From: Betaproteobacteria bacterium
Lineage (GTDB): Bacteria > Pseudomonadota > Gammaproteobacteria > Burkholderiales > SG8-41
Length of the DNA: 64,000 nt
NCBI GenBank assembly: GCA_947486575.1
Contig: CANKUB010000006.1
Span: forward strand, 2,455 to 66,454
Direction: 5' to 3'
Shown here: piece by piece, positions 45,315 through 55,041 of the stretch
Numbering within the stretch: the first letter of the stretch is position 1
Layout of the letters: the number at the start of each line of letters is the position of its first letter
Position numbers and translations under genes: made by a program
Notes under the pieces: generated by a model
What the model saw: only the letters and a program-made list of their open reading frames with translations
Database searches by the model: none
What the model was told of the DNA's origin: nothing

Positions 45315-46292
45315 ATGAAACCACTAATCTGGCGGGGCGCGGCCCTGCTTTTGTGCCTGACAAGCGCCACCGCAAGTGCGCAGACAATGGGACAAGGTTG
45401 GCCACAGCGCCCCGTGCGCTTTGTGTTGGGCTTTCCACCCGGGGGTGGCATCGACGTAGTGGCACGTTTGCTGAGCGTGCCGCTGAGCGAACGATTGGGC
45501 CAGCAAGTCGTCGTCGATAATCGGCCTGGCGCCAACGGCATTCTGGGCGTGGAAATCACGTCGAAGGCTGCACCCGACGGCCACACATTTTTTGTCGGCA
45601 CCACCGGCAACATTACCGTCAACGCCATACTGGTAAAAAATCTGCCATTCAACATGGACCGCGATTTCGTGCCGGTGATGCAGACTTCATCCGTGCCGTT
45701 TCTGATTTACGTGCATCCCAAAGTGCCCGCAAAATCGCTCGACGAACTCATTGCACACGTCAAGGCCAACCCAGGCAAAGTCAATTACTACTCATCGGGC
45801 AACGGCGGACTGCCGCATCTGGCCAGCGAGCTGCTCAACAACCAGGCCAGCATCAAAGCCATCCACGTGCCCTACAAAGGCAGCGCGCCGGGATTCAACG
45901 ATCTGCTCGGCGGACAGGTGCAGTTTGGCTTTGACGCCGCCTCCATCGGCCTGCAACATGTCAAAGCAGGCCGCATGCGCGCGGTTGCGACGACAGGCCC
46001 CAAACGCCTGGCGTTTCTGCCCGATGTGCCCGCCGCCAATGAATCACTGAAAGGATTTGAAGTCGTGAACTGGTATGGCATCGTCGCGCCCACTGGAACG
46101 CCAACCACTGTGATCGAACGCCTGAACAGCGAAATTCTGCGCGCCTTTAAAATTCCCGAACTGCGCGAGAAGCTGATTGCCCAAGGCACCGATCCGGTGG
46201 ACAGCAATCCCAAAGCATTTGGCGCGTTCATGAAGGCCGAATCGGCGAAATGGGGGCGCGTGGTTAAAGAAGCGAATATCCGGACGGATTAA
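45315..46292 (+). CDS. Bug/TctC-family periplasmic solute-binding protein
   Basis: Motifs WPQRPVRFVLGFPPGGGID, VVDNRPGANG and PDGHT. Confidence 0.9.
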   Translation: MKPLIWRGAALLLCLTSATASAQTMGQGWPQRPVRFVLGFPPGGGIDVVARLLSVPLSERLGQQVVVDNRPGANGILGVEITSKAAPDGHTFFVGTTGNITVNAILVKNLPFNMDRDFVPVMQTSSVPFLIYVHPKVPAKSLDELIAHVKANPGKVNYYSSGNGGLPHLASELLNNQASIKAIHVPYKGSAPGFNDLLGGQVQFGFDAASIGLQHVKAGRMRAVATTGPKRLAFLPDVPAANESLKGFEVVNWYGIVAPTGTPTTVIERLNSEILRAFKIPELREKLIAQGTDPVDSNPKAFGAFMKAESAKWGRVVKEANIRTD

Positions 46293-46318
46293 GGCTCAGC
46301 CGCTTGTGGGAGGCTGGG

Positions 46319-47347
46319 CTATGTATGCCTGGCGGTTTCATCAGCCACTTCGGCGTCCAGCATATCTATCAATTTCCGCACCCACGACTCACGCAGGTTA
46401 CGGCCAATCAACACCATACGTGTGCGCCTATCTGCCGAAGGCCATCGCGGCAACCACACTGGCGCGTGATAGACATGCTGCACACCGTGGATCACGGCCG
46501 GACGTTCCGGCGATTCAAGAACATGTACGATGCCTTTCACGCGCAGCAAGTCAGCTCCGAAATTCTCCGCCAGCGCAGACAGCAGCAGCGGCAGCGTTAC
46601 GGCGCGCAACGGCGCTTCGCGTAGCAGACTGATGCTGCTGTAGTCATCGCTATGCGTATGCCCGTGGTTCCCCTGGTGACCCTGGTAACTATGGCTGGTT
46701 CGTGCCAGCCACGCGCCTACATCCGGATGCTTACTGTTGGCATCATAACTGCCGCAATCGAACAAGACGGATGGCGCAATAGCGCCCTGAACGCCGGCCG
46801 ACGCCATCGCACCGGGATTCAGATGCGCCAACCACTGCCTTAATGCATCCACGTCCGCCCCGGCCACATCCGTTTTAGTGATGACAATGCGGTCGGCAAC
46901 CGCGACCTGACGCCGGGACTCTTCGTGTTGCTCAAGCGTGGTGATTCCCAGCAACGCATCAACCGTGGTGATCACGCCATCCAGCGTGTAGAAGCCCGCG
47001 AGATCACGCTCCGTCATCAGCGCGTGCAGGATGGGCGCGGGATCGGCGAGGCCACTGGTTTCGATAACTACACGCTCGAACGGTGGCACCGTACCCTGTG
47101 CACGTCTCGCAGCCAGATCAGCCAGCGTCAGGGTGAGGTCGCTGCGCACATTGCAGCACAGGCAGCCATTGGAAAGCTGAACAAAACTTTCCTCGCTCGT
47201 CTCGATCAAATCATGGTCCAGCCCGATGGCGCCAAACTCGTTGACGATGACCGCAGTCTTGCCCATAGCCGGATCGCGCATAAGACGGGCCAGCAGCGTC
47301 GTTTTGCCGCTGCCTAGAAAACCGGTAAGCACAGAAACAGGAATCAC
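46319..47347 (-). CDS. COG0523/CobW-family G3E P-loop GTPase (putative metallochaperone)
   Basis: The Walker A motif is GFLGSGKTT and the CxCC motif is GCLCCN. There is a His-rich stretch SHSYQGHQGNHGHTHSDD and a CobW_C-like tail. The GTG start overlaps the upstream stop as GTGA. Confidence 0.88.
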   Translation of the reverse strand: MIPVSVLTGFLGSGKTTLLARLMRDPAMGKTAVIVNEFGAIGLDHDLIETSEESFVQLSNGCLCCNVRSDLTLTLADLAARRAQGTVPPFERVVIETSGLADPAPILHALMTERDLAGFYTLDGVITTVDALLGITTLEQHEESRRQVAVADRIVITKTDVAGADVDALRQWLAHLNPGAMASAGVQGAIAPSVLFDCGSYDANSKHPDVGAWLARTSHSYQGHQGNHGHTHSDDYSSISLLREAPLRAVTLPLLLSALAENFGADLLRVKGIVHVLESPERPAVIHGVQHVYHAPVWLPRWPSADRRTRMVLIGRNLRESWVRKLIDMLDAEVADETARHT

Positions 47348-47697
47348 GCGGGTTCTGGCGCCGACACGACACGGATCGGGCTACCCCGCTCCACACCCAG
47401 CGCCTCGCGCAGGGCCGCGAGCAAACCCACCAGCGAACCGCAGGCACGCGGACGCCCTTCACGCACGCCGCCTGGTGCATCGCCCGCACGGCGCCAGCGG
47501 GCAAACCAACGAAACGGCGTATCGGTGCCAGCGCGCTCTACCCACACTATGGTGCCGCTGACCGCTCGAACTTCCGCGATTACAGGCGCATCCGCCGCGT
47601 GCACAGTACCGTCGACATGCCACAGCGCGAGGCTGTCCGCCAGAAATGCGCGCAGTTGCTCTGTGTCATCAGCAGGTTTTGCGGCGGCGCTGCTCAC
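47344..47697 (-). CDS. Hypothetical 117-aa protein; no family recognised
   Basis: It exactly fills the space between the hydantoinase and the CobW GTPase, with a GTGA overlap at each end. It is Ala/Arg/Trp-rich (LALWHVDG...TPFRWFARWRRAG). Confidence 0.55.
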   Translation of the reverse strand: MSSAAAKPADDTEQLRAFLADSLALWHVDGTVHAADAPVIAEVRAVSGTIVWVERAGTDTPFRWFARWRRAGDAPGGVREGRPRACGSLVGLLAALREALGVERGSPIRVVSAPEPA

Positions 47698-49121
47698 AGC
47701 AGCGCGCAGCTTCTGATTTCTTCTGAAATTTTTCGCGGTAAAAATTGACCGTCTTTCAAGTCGCCGTGGAATTGTCCGTCATCGACAACCACTTTGCCGC
47801 GCAATACCGTGGTCGAGGGCCATGCCAGCATTTCGTGGCCTTCCCATGGCGAGTAATCCGATTCGTGCAGCATCTCCTTGGTGAGCACGAAGCGCCGTGA
47901 CGGATCGAGCACCACGATATCGGCGTCGGAGCCCACTGCCAGCGCACCCTTGCGTGGATACAGCCCCATGATTTTGGCTGCGTTGCTAGACACCAAATTG
48001 ACAAAGCGCTCCAGAGAATAGCCCCGGCGCCCCACCATCTCGGAGTACATCAGCGACACCCGCGGCTCCACGCCGACATTGCCGCCGGTGGTGTCGTCCA
48101 CGCGCTTGCCTTGTATTTTGTCTTTCAGCGAACAACACACTTCGTCCGTCGCCACCGTATGAATGGTGTTATCCAGCATGCCCGCCCACAGCGCATTCTG
48201 GTCCGACTGTGCCTTGATTGAAGGGTAGGTGTGGTAAATCTGCCCATTCGGACGCTTGTAGTCCTCTGAGGTGTACATCAGATATTGATGCAGCGTCTCG
48301 CCGTACACCGGCAGACCACGTCCCCGCGCTTCGCGTATGGCCTCGACGCCAAACGCGGCGCTGACATGCATGAAATAAAGGGCGATGCCCGGCACGTTCT
48401 TCGCTAGTCCCAGCACGCGGCGAAACGATAAATCTTCGGACATGGCGTTGTGCACCTCCGCCATGTTCTCGAAGCCCGCGCGATTTTCCCGAATGAGCTT
48501 GTCGTACATATGCATCACGATATCGTTGTCTTCGCCATGGATCACGCACAGGCCGTGCTCCTGCGCCACCACCTTGAAGACCTCCCAGATATCGCCAAAA
48601 TCGACCATGCGCCCGCGCCGGCTGGGCGTGATATCCGTGGTAAACATCTTGACCGTCGGATAACCAGAACGCAGCGCTTCGCCCAACTGTCCGAAAATCT
48701 CCGGTGGCAGCGCACCCTCCACCATCACATGAAAGCTGTAATCACATTGGCACTGCCCGGTCCAATCGCGGTGCCGGTCTTCGATGGCCTGCTGAATGGT
48801 TTTGCCGTGCGTCCAACGCACGAAATCGATCATGGTCGTGGTGCCGCCGTACAACGCCGCTCGCCCCACCACCGATGGCGGATCGGTGTAGGTCACGCTG
48901 CCATCCGGATGGGGCGAGTACCATTTCAGATGCACATGCGGATCGATGCCACCCGGTATGACGATCTTCCCGGTCGCGTCGATCAGTCGTTTGGCGGTTT
49001 CAGCTCCGAAAGTGCCGGCCGCAGCCGACGCCACGATTTTCTCGCCCTGAATCGCCAGATCACACGCCGCCACACCAGCCGGCGTCACCACCCTGTCGCC
49101 GCGTATCACCAGATCGAACAT
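47694..49121 (-). CDS. Dihydropyrimidinase/D-hydantoinase family cyclic amidohydrolase
   Basis: The product starts MFDLVIRGDRVV and contains GGIDPHVHL (HxH), YPTVKMFTT (candidate carboxylated Lys), VIHGED, FMHVS and VATDEV. Confidence 0.85.
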   Translation of the reverse strand: MFDLVIRGDRVVTPAGVAACDLAIQGEKIVASAAAGTFGAETAKRLIDATGKIVIPGGIDPHVHLKWYSPHPDGSVTYTDPPSVVGRAALYGGTTTMIDFVRWTHGKTIQQAIEDRHRDWTGQCQCDYSFHVMVEGALPPEIFGQLGEALRSGYPTVKMFTTDITPSRRGRMVDFGDIWEVFKVVAQEHGLCVIHGEDNDIVMHMYDKLIRENRAGFENMAEVHNAMSEDLSFRRVLGLAKNVPGIALYFMHVSAAFGVEAIREARGRGLPVYGETLHQYLMYTSEDYKRPNGQIYHTYPSIKAQSDQNALWAGMLDNTIHTVATDEVCCSLKDKIQGKRVDDTTGGNVGVEPRVSLMYSEMVGRRGYSLERFVNLVSSNAAKIMGLYPRKGALAVGSDADIVVLDPSRRFVLTKEMLHESDYSPWEGHEMLAWPSTTVLRGKVVVDDGQFHGDLKDGQFLPRKISEEIRSCALL

Positions 49122-49148
49122 AGCTAACCCCTTGTTTTTATTAAATAA

Positions 49149-50495
49149 TTATAACCGCTGCAGCAATGCCGTGAAATCACCCACGTTCGCCCAATGTTCG
49201 CTGCGGTCAATAGCTGCTTCAACCTGTGCAACGCCATCCCGCGTGAGCACATGACCCGCCAATTCGCGGAATTTGCCGCGCAAAGTCGCCTCGGAATAAG
49301 GCCGGTTGAAGTCGCCTTCATGACTCTCACAAGCATGCATCGCTTTACGGCCATCTTTCAACGTCACGATCACGCGCGCCGGGCGCAAGCGAGGTGCAAC
49401 GGCACTCATCGCCGTATCCTCGACCACACTCACGCGCTGGCGCAGTGCCGTGATCGCCGGATCGAGCAAGGCGCTGTCATCCAGATCGCTGTGCTCTGCC
49501 CTGCCGCGCACCACCATAACCGCCGCCGCATGCGGCAGCGAATACTTCGAGGCAAAAAAATTGGGCGGATTCTGGCCGCGCATGACCGAGGCAAAACGAT
49601 AGGTCGCGAACTCAATACGCTCAATATCTTCGGCGCGCGGCTTCAATTCCGCGAGCGCCGCTTTCAGCACATCCAGCGCCGGATGTATCGGATTGCAGCA
49701 GGCATACATACGGAAATAATTGCGCGTGATTTCCCAGCGTGTGCCCAGTTCATCCAGCAGGTTATCGGGTTTGAAGCCATCGCCTACCAGTTGACTCAAT
49801 GCCTCTTCAATCGAATTTTCCTGCGCCTCAATGCCCGCCAACGCCAGATCCGGCGCCAAAGCCCCGGCAAATCCACTCATACCGCCAGCGATGTTGAGTG
49901 CCGTCGCACCCGCGCCGGTGTTCATGTAGCTAGGCGTCATCAACAACACCGCTGAAATACGCATAGCACGGCTGACGCCCGCAGCATCCAGACCGCGCAT
50001 GCGAGCGCCTGCCGCTGCTGCAGCGAGCAACATCGCCTGACCGTTTTGATGCGCCAGCGGTCGTGGCGTAAATGCCATGCCGAGCCTTGCCGCGACATCG
50101 TAGCCCGCCACCAGACCGGCCAGCAGCGTCTTGCCGCTAGCCTGCGCATGCTCGCCCACGGACAACATGCTGGGCAGAATCTGTATCGCGGGCTGGCCCG
50201 TGACGAGCCTCAGCCCTTCGCACAATTCAATGGCGCGCCCGGCAATGCCATTGAGCAGTGCTGCGGTACGCGGGTCATGCGTGGGCCAGCCCCGCGCATA
50301 CACAGTGGCGCCCGTGCCCGCAGTGGCGCCTATGCGTTTGCGCACCTGGTTCACCTCCGGCCTTACGGATCCCGCAAGAATGACACCAATGGTGTCGAGC
50401 AAAACCAGTTTGGCATGCTGCTGAACCGGCGCGGGAATATCTTCCCAACGTGTTTCGGCCGCAAACTTTGCCAGCGCCTCTATCTGCTGCCCCAT
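49149..50495 (-). CDS. MmgE/PrpD family protein
   Basis: The N-terminus ALAKFAAETRWEDIPAPVQQHAKLVLLDTIG is typical of the family. The product is 448 aa. Confidence 0.85.
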   Translation of the reverse strand: MGQQIEALAKFAAETRWEDIPAPVQQHAKLVLLDTIGVILAGSVRPEVNQVRKRIGATAGTGATVYARGWPTHDPRTAALLNGIAGRAIELCEGLRLVTGQPAIQILPSMLSVGEHAQASGKTLLAGLVAGYDVAARLGMAFTPRPLAHQNGQAMLLAAAAAGARMRGLDAAGVSRAMRISAVLLMTPSYMNTGAGATALNIAGGMSGFAGALAPDLALAGIEAQENSIEEALSQLVGDGFKPDNLLDELGTRWEITRNYFRMYACCNPIHPALDVLKAALAELKPRAEDIERIEFATYRFASVMRGQNPPNFFASKYSLPHAAAVMVVRGRAEHSDLDDSALLDPAITALRQRVSVVEDTAMSAVAPRLRPARVIVTLKDGRKAMHACESHEGDFNRPYSEATLRGKFRELAGHVLTRDGVAQVEAAIDRSEHWANVGDFTALLQRL

Positions 50496-50510
50496 GTACG
50501 TTGACTCCTG

Positions 50511-51497
50511 TTACTCCAGTTTGATGCCGGCATCACGGATGATGCGCGTCCACTTCGAAATTTCGTCACGCACGAAGCGGTCGAACTGCGCAGGGGTGCT
50601 ACCCAACGGCTTTGCGCCATCCTGCACTGTACGATCGCGGATCGCGGGCGTAGCCATGGTCTTTGCAACTTCACCGCTGAGCTGCTCAACGATTGCAGAC
50701 GGCGTATTTGCCGGCGCAAACACGCCGAACCACCCTGCTGCCTCGAAATCCTTGATTCCGGCCTCAATGGCCGTCGGCACATCGGGCAGCGCCATAGCCC
50801 GCTCGCGTGTAGAAACCGCGAGCGCACGCAGGCGCTTTGAACGCAAGAGTGCCATCACTGTTTCCGAAGTATAAAACGCGGAAGTGGCTTCGCCGCTCAT
50901 AACAGCGACAGCCGCCTGTGAGCCGCCCTTGTAGGGAACGTGCCCCAACTGTGTTTTGGTAACCACCGCGAACAGCGCTCCAGCCAGATGCATGGCACTG
51001 CCCGGCCCGGAGGATGCGTAGAAAACTGAACCCGGTTGCTCGCGCGCAAGCCGAACGAAACCCTGCAAGTCCTTCACCGGCAATGTCGGGAGTACGCATA
51101 TTACGTAGGGCGCGCTCACTATCTGCGATACCGTCGCAAAATCCTTGATGGCGTCAAATCGCAGTTTTGGATACAACCCCGGCGAAAACGCGAACGAAGC
51201 CGAAGTCACCAGGAATGTGTAACCGTCGGGCGCCGATCGCGCTACAAACTCCGTGCCGACAGTAGAGCCCGCACCGGGGCGGTTATCGACAATAAATTGC
51301 TGACCATAACCCTCTGAAAAACGCTGAGCGAGAAGCCGAGCAAAAATGTCAGCGCCACCGCCCGGTGTGAAAGGCACCACGAATCGTACGTTTTTCTCGG
51401 GATACTTTTGCGCTGTGGCATGTTGCGCGACAGTCAATCCGGGTATAAGCGCGGCGACGGCGACGCCAACATAGAAACGAAAGCGAAAATTTTTCAT
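50511..51497 (-). CDS. Bug/TctC-family periplasmic solute-binding protein
   Basis: Motifs YPEKNVRFVVPFTPGGGAD, IVDNRPGAGS, PDGYT and C-terminal DAGIKLE. Confidence 0.9.
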   Translation of the reverse strand: MKNFRFRFYVGVAVAALIPGLTVAQHATAQKYPEKNVRFVVPFTPGGGADIFARLLAQRFSEGYGQQFIVDNRPGAGSTVGTEFVARSAPDGYTFLVTSASFAFSPGLYPKLRFDAIKDFATVSQIVSAPYVICVLPTLPVKDLQGFVRLAREQPGSVFYASSGPGSAMHLAGALFAVVTKTQLGHVPYKGGSQAAVAVMSGEATSAFYTSETVMALLRSKRLRALAVSTRERAMALPDVPTAIEAGIKDFEAAGWFGVFAPANTPSAIVEQLSGEVAKTMATPAIRDRTVQDGAKPLGSTPAQFDRFVRDEISKWTRIIRDAGIKLE

Positions 51498-51561
51498 GCC
51501 ATTTTCCTTGCTGAAGTTACATGATGAACACGCAAATCATATCGCGTCACGCCCCAATCCA

Positions 51562-52932
51562 TCACAACACCATTTCACCGGCCAACGCCCGGAAATCGCT
51601 GATTTCTTCAATACGAATCAGACGGTCAAAAAGAGCCAGCGTCGCGGGCTTGCCCCAAATCGGCTCGCCCAGCTCAAAAAACTTGCCTGTCAGATCAGCT
51701 GGCGTATGCGGATTTGCCGGTTCGCCTTTGGTGATGATGCTTCGCCCCTCATGCACCGTGCCATCTTTCATTGTGATACGCACGGTAACCGGCTGCTCCT
51801 TGGGATAGCGCGCGGTAAATGACAGGTCTTCACTCACATCCACTCGTTGCACCAGCGCCTGTACCTGTGCATTGGCGACCGCAGCGTCGTCAAAACTCTT
51901 CAGTCCCGAGCGGCCGTGATACAAAATGCTGGCCAGGGCAAACGGCACGGAAAAACGCGCCCCAAAACTGGAAACAATGTTTTTGCCGGCCAGACTCGCC
52001 GCCAGCATGTAGGCTTTGACATCAATGTGCTCGATCTCGCCGGGCACCAGCCGTCCGCCGGGCACCTTTGCCAGCAGGTCTTCAAGGGCATCAATGGCCG
52101 AGTGGGCATAACGTCCGATGGGATGCAATTTGAAGTAGCTTTTTGCAATCAGCCATTCTGAACCCAGCCCCTCGATAGCCAGCGCAGGATCGAACTTGTC
52201 TGAGTAGATGCCTCTGCCGTACGCGTTGCCAACACCATCGATTTCGCCGGTAAACCCGCACTCGACCAGCCGGGCCGCTGTCAGCCCCATCAAACCCGAA
52301 TGACCCGTGAAGATGTTGCGCACCGTTGCGCCGTCGAGCAGCGTCTGGCGGCTGCTCGCCATACCCATGGTCGCCGCGCATTGGATGAGTTCCAGCATTT
52401 GCGCCGCATTGAAGCCCTTCAGCACGCCCGCCGCTATGGCCGCACCAATGACGCCATAGGTGCCATGCGGATGAAAGATCATGCGCATCTGTGCAGCACG
52501 GCTGATGCGCGCTGACACTTCATAACCCAGCGCAACCGCGCGCAGCACTTCGCCACCGCTGTAACCAGAGACCTGCGCCAGCGCCACCGCTGCCGGTACC
52601 ACCTGAATCCCGGGATGCCCCTTGGCGAACAGATTGCCCTCATCGAGTTCCAGCCAGGTACCTGCCGTGCCGTTCAACAGTGCGGCATCGAGTGCCCCCG
52701 CACGTTTGCCCGTGCCGATCACCCACGCCGTTCCCGCCCCTGCGTCAGCCAATTGTTTGGCGACGAACCTCTGCATTTCCGGCTGCTGCATGCCAGCCGC
52801 GACAACCGGAATCGAGTCGGCGATCACCCACCGTGCGCGTTCGCGTGCGGGGGCGCTGATATCGGATAACCGTGTTCCGGCAACAAATTCAGCAAGCGTA
52901 ATCAGGTATAGCGGGGTTGTGCGATCTGACAA
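51562..52932 (-). CDS. MmgE/PrpD family protein
   Basis: The product contains LAEFVAGTRLSDISAPARERARWVIADSIP and is 456 aa. Confidence 0.85.
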   Translation of the reverse strand: MSDRTTPLYLITLAEFVAGTRLSDISAPARERARWVIADSIPVVAAGMQQPEMQRFVAKQLADAGAGTAWVIGTGKRAGALDAALLNGTAGTWLELDEGNLFAKGHPGIQVVPAAVALAQVSGYSGGEVLRAVALGYEVSARISRAAQMRMIFHPHGTYGVIGAAIAAGVLKGFNAAQMLELIQCAATMGMASSRQTLLDGATVRNIFTGHSGLMGLTAARLVECGFTGEIDGVGNAYGRGIYSDKFDPALAIEGLGSEWLIAKSYFKLHPIGRYAHSAIDALEDLLAKVPGGRLVPGEIEHIDVKAYMLAASLAGKNIVSSFGARFSVPFALASILYHGRSGLKSFDDAAVANAQVQALVQRVDVSEDLSFTARYPKEQPVTVRITMKDGTVHEGRSIITKGEPANPHTPADLTGKFFELGEPIWGKPATLALFDRLIRIEEISDFRALAGEMVL

Positions 52933-53044
52933 TTTGATTTCTCCTGTGATGCAATTCTAATCCCCCCGCAGCGGTACGGGTTCTAATTTGTCTTGTATTG
53001 CCTTCTATCATCGGGCTTGGCAGTAGAATTCTGCCTGTCAGGCT

Positions 53045-53092
53045 TTCTTTCACCCGTTCGTTCACCCATTCGTTCACCCATTCGTTCACTTT
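53045..53092. repeat. 12-bp tandem direct repeat (four units) immediately upstream of a Bug gene
   Basis: The units are ttctttcacccg / ttcgttcaccca / ttcgttcaccca / ttcgttcacttt. The array ends 12 bp before the ATG at 53105. Confidence 0.85.
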
Positions 53093-53104
53093 TGCGAGGC
53101 CCCC

Positions 53105-54097
53105 ATGACAACTGCGACTACTGCATTGCGTCCAATACTTGGGGCCACGATTCTTGTGGCGTATGTCATGTCGAGCGCACACGCGCAAGGCGTCCCTGCA
53201 AGCTATCCCAACAAGCCCGTGCGGCTCATTGTGCCGTTTGCACCGGGCGGTTCCAACGATATCGTTGCCCGCATCATTGGCTACAAATTTGCTGAGCGCT
53301 TTGGACAACAGGTCATCATCGATAACCGCGGCGGCGCCAGCGGCATCATCGGCACCGATCTCGCTGCAAAAGCGCCTCCTGACGGCTACACCTTGCTGAT
53401 GATGAGCCTGACGCTGGCGGTGAATCCAAGTCTATTCAAGAAGCTGCCTTACGACACAGAACGTGATCTCATGCCGGTGAGTCTGGTGGCTTCGGCACCG
53501 CTGATCTTGGTGGTGCATCCCTCAGTGCCGGCGAAATCTCTCAAGGAGCTCATCAGTTACGCAAAAGCCAGTCCCGGCAAGCTGAACTTCGGCTCCGGCG
53601 GCGCTGGCACTACCCCGCATCTCGCCGGTGAAATGCTGAAATCGATGGCTGGCCTGCAAATGACGCACGTGCCGTACAAAGGCGGTGGCCCTGCCCTCGC
53701 CGATCTGATCGGCGGCCAGTTACAACTGATGCTGGAAAACATTCCCAGCACCTTGCCACACGTTAAATCTGGCAAGCTGCGCGTGCTAGCGCTAAGCGGA
53801 CTCACCCGTTCCTCTCTGGTGCCCGATGTGCCGACCCTGGATGAAGCAGGATTGAAAGGGTATGAAATCGTCGGCTGGAACGGCTTGTTTCTGCCGGCGA
53901 CGACACCGAACGCCATCGTGACCCGTCTGCATGCGGAAACCGTAAAATCACTAGCAGCAACGGATATCAAGGAACGGCTGGCGGGTATCGGCGCCGAGGG
54001 TATCGGCAACACGCCGCAGCAGTTCAGCACCTTCCTGAAGGCGGAAATCCGGAAATGGGCACAAGTGGCTCGTGATGCCGGATTGAAGGCTGAATAA
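53105..54097 (+). CDS. Bug/TctC-family periplasmic solute-binding protein
   Basis: Motifs YPNKPVRLIVPFAPGGSND, IIDNRGGASG, PDGYT and C-terminal DAGLKAE. Confidence 0.9.
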   Translation: MTTATTALRPILGATILVAYVMSSAHAQGVPASYPNKPVRLIVPFAPGGSNDIVARIIGYKFAERFGQQVIIDNRGGASGIIGTDLAAKAPPDGYTLLMMSLTLAVNPSLFKKLPYDTERDLMPVSLVASAPLILVVHPSVPAKSLKELISYAKASPGKLNFGSGGAGTTPHLAGEMLKSMAGLQMTHVPYKGGGPALADLIGGQLQLMLENIPSTLPHVKSGKLRVLALSGLTRSSLVPDVPTLDEAGLKGYEIVGWNGLFLPATTPNAIVTRLHAETVKSLAATDIKERLAGIGAEGIGNTPQQFSTFLKAEIRKWAQVARDAGLKAE

Positions 54098-54144
54098 AAG
54101 TAAATAAAAACAAATACTTACATCGAACACCCAAAGGAGAAATC

Positions 54145-55023
54145 ATGCCCTATGCACTATTCAATGGCGTACGCCTTTACTACGAAGAAGCGGGCAAAGG
54201 CATTCCCATCATCTGGGTGCACGAATTCGCCGACGATTTGCATGGCTGGGAAGCTCAGATGCAGCACTTCAGCCGGCGCTATCGCTGCATCGCGTACAAC
54301 GCACGCGGCTATCCGCCCTCCGACGTACCGAAATCAGCATCGCTGTATTCCCAGGCCATCGCCACTGATGACATCGCCAACGTTATGCGGCACCTGAAAA
54401 TCCGCAAGGCGCACATCATCGGCTGCTCTATGGGGGCTTATGCTACGTTGCACTTCGCCTTGCGCTATCCGCGCATGGCGATATCGTGCACCGTCATCGG
54501 CGCGGGTTACGGCTCCGATCCCGACAAGCGCAAACAGTTTCTCGGTGACAATGAAGTCATGATCAAACGGTTTCTCGAATTGGGTACTGCCGAGGCCGTC
54601 AAACCGTATCAAATCGGGCCGGCCCGCGTGCAGTTCCAGAACAAGAATCCGCGCGGCTTCGCCCATTTTTGCGCCGAATTCGCCAAGCATTCTGCACTCG
54701 GGTCGGCTAACACCCTGCGCGGCGTGCAGGGCAAACGTCCGACGATTTACAGTCTGGAATCCGCCCTGCGCAAGTGCCGCGTGCCGCTGCATATCATGAG
54801 CGGCGACGAAGACGACAACTGCCTTGATCCGGGCATATTCATCAAGCGCGTTTGTCCGTCGGCCATGCTGACCGTGGTGCCGAACACCGGCCATGCGGTA
54901 AACCTTGAAGAACCCGTGTTGTTCAACAGCATGATCGCGGAATTTCTGGCGCAGGTGGATTCTGGTCGCTGGCGCGGACGCGATCCGCGTTCGCTGAACA
55001 AATCGACGATGGCGAAATCCTGA
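54145..55023 (+). CDS. Alpha/beta hydrolase (canonical Ser-Asp-His triad)
   Basis: The elbow is IIGCSMGAY, with Asp in SGDEDD and His in NTGHAVNLEEP. No signal peptide is present. Confidence 0.85.
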   Translation: MPYALFNGVRLYYEEAGKGIPIIWVHEFADDLHGWEAQMQHFSRRYRCIAYNARGYPPSDVPKSASLYSQAIATDDIANVMRHLKIRKAHIIGCSMGAYATLHFALRYPRMAISCTVIGAGYGSDPDKRKQFLGDNEVMIKRFLELGTAEAVKPYQIGPARVQFQNKNPRGFAHFCAEFAKHSALGSANTLRGVQGKRPTIYSLESALRKCRVPLHIMSGDEDDNCLDPGIFIKRVCPSAMLTVVPNTGHAVNLEEPVLFNSMIAEFLAQVDSGRWRGRDPRSLNKSTMAKS

Positions 55024-55041
55024 ACGTCAGTCAAAGAACGC

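Noticed and set aside
53045-53092. Possible CRISPR array or coding repeat (VNEWVNEWVNE in one frame).
   Set aside because: The units are 12 bp long, directly tandem with no spacers, and lie in a 172-bp intergenic region. This is a micro/minisatellite, not a CRISPR array or a credible gene.
54105-54121. The 17-mer TAAAAACAAATACTTAC is shared with 62645-62661, and each copy is followed by GAACACCC. A related string ACAAATAGTTACG occurs at 436-448 and, on the other strand, around 44509-44521.
   Set aside because: A single shared 17-mer is near the chance expectation for all-against-all comparison in 64 kb. The copies sit in unrelated contexts (a 5' leader, a convergent gene end, coding sequence). 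This is noted only as a possible short duplicated fragment.
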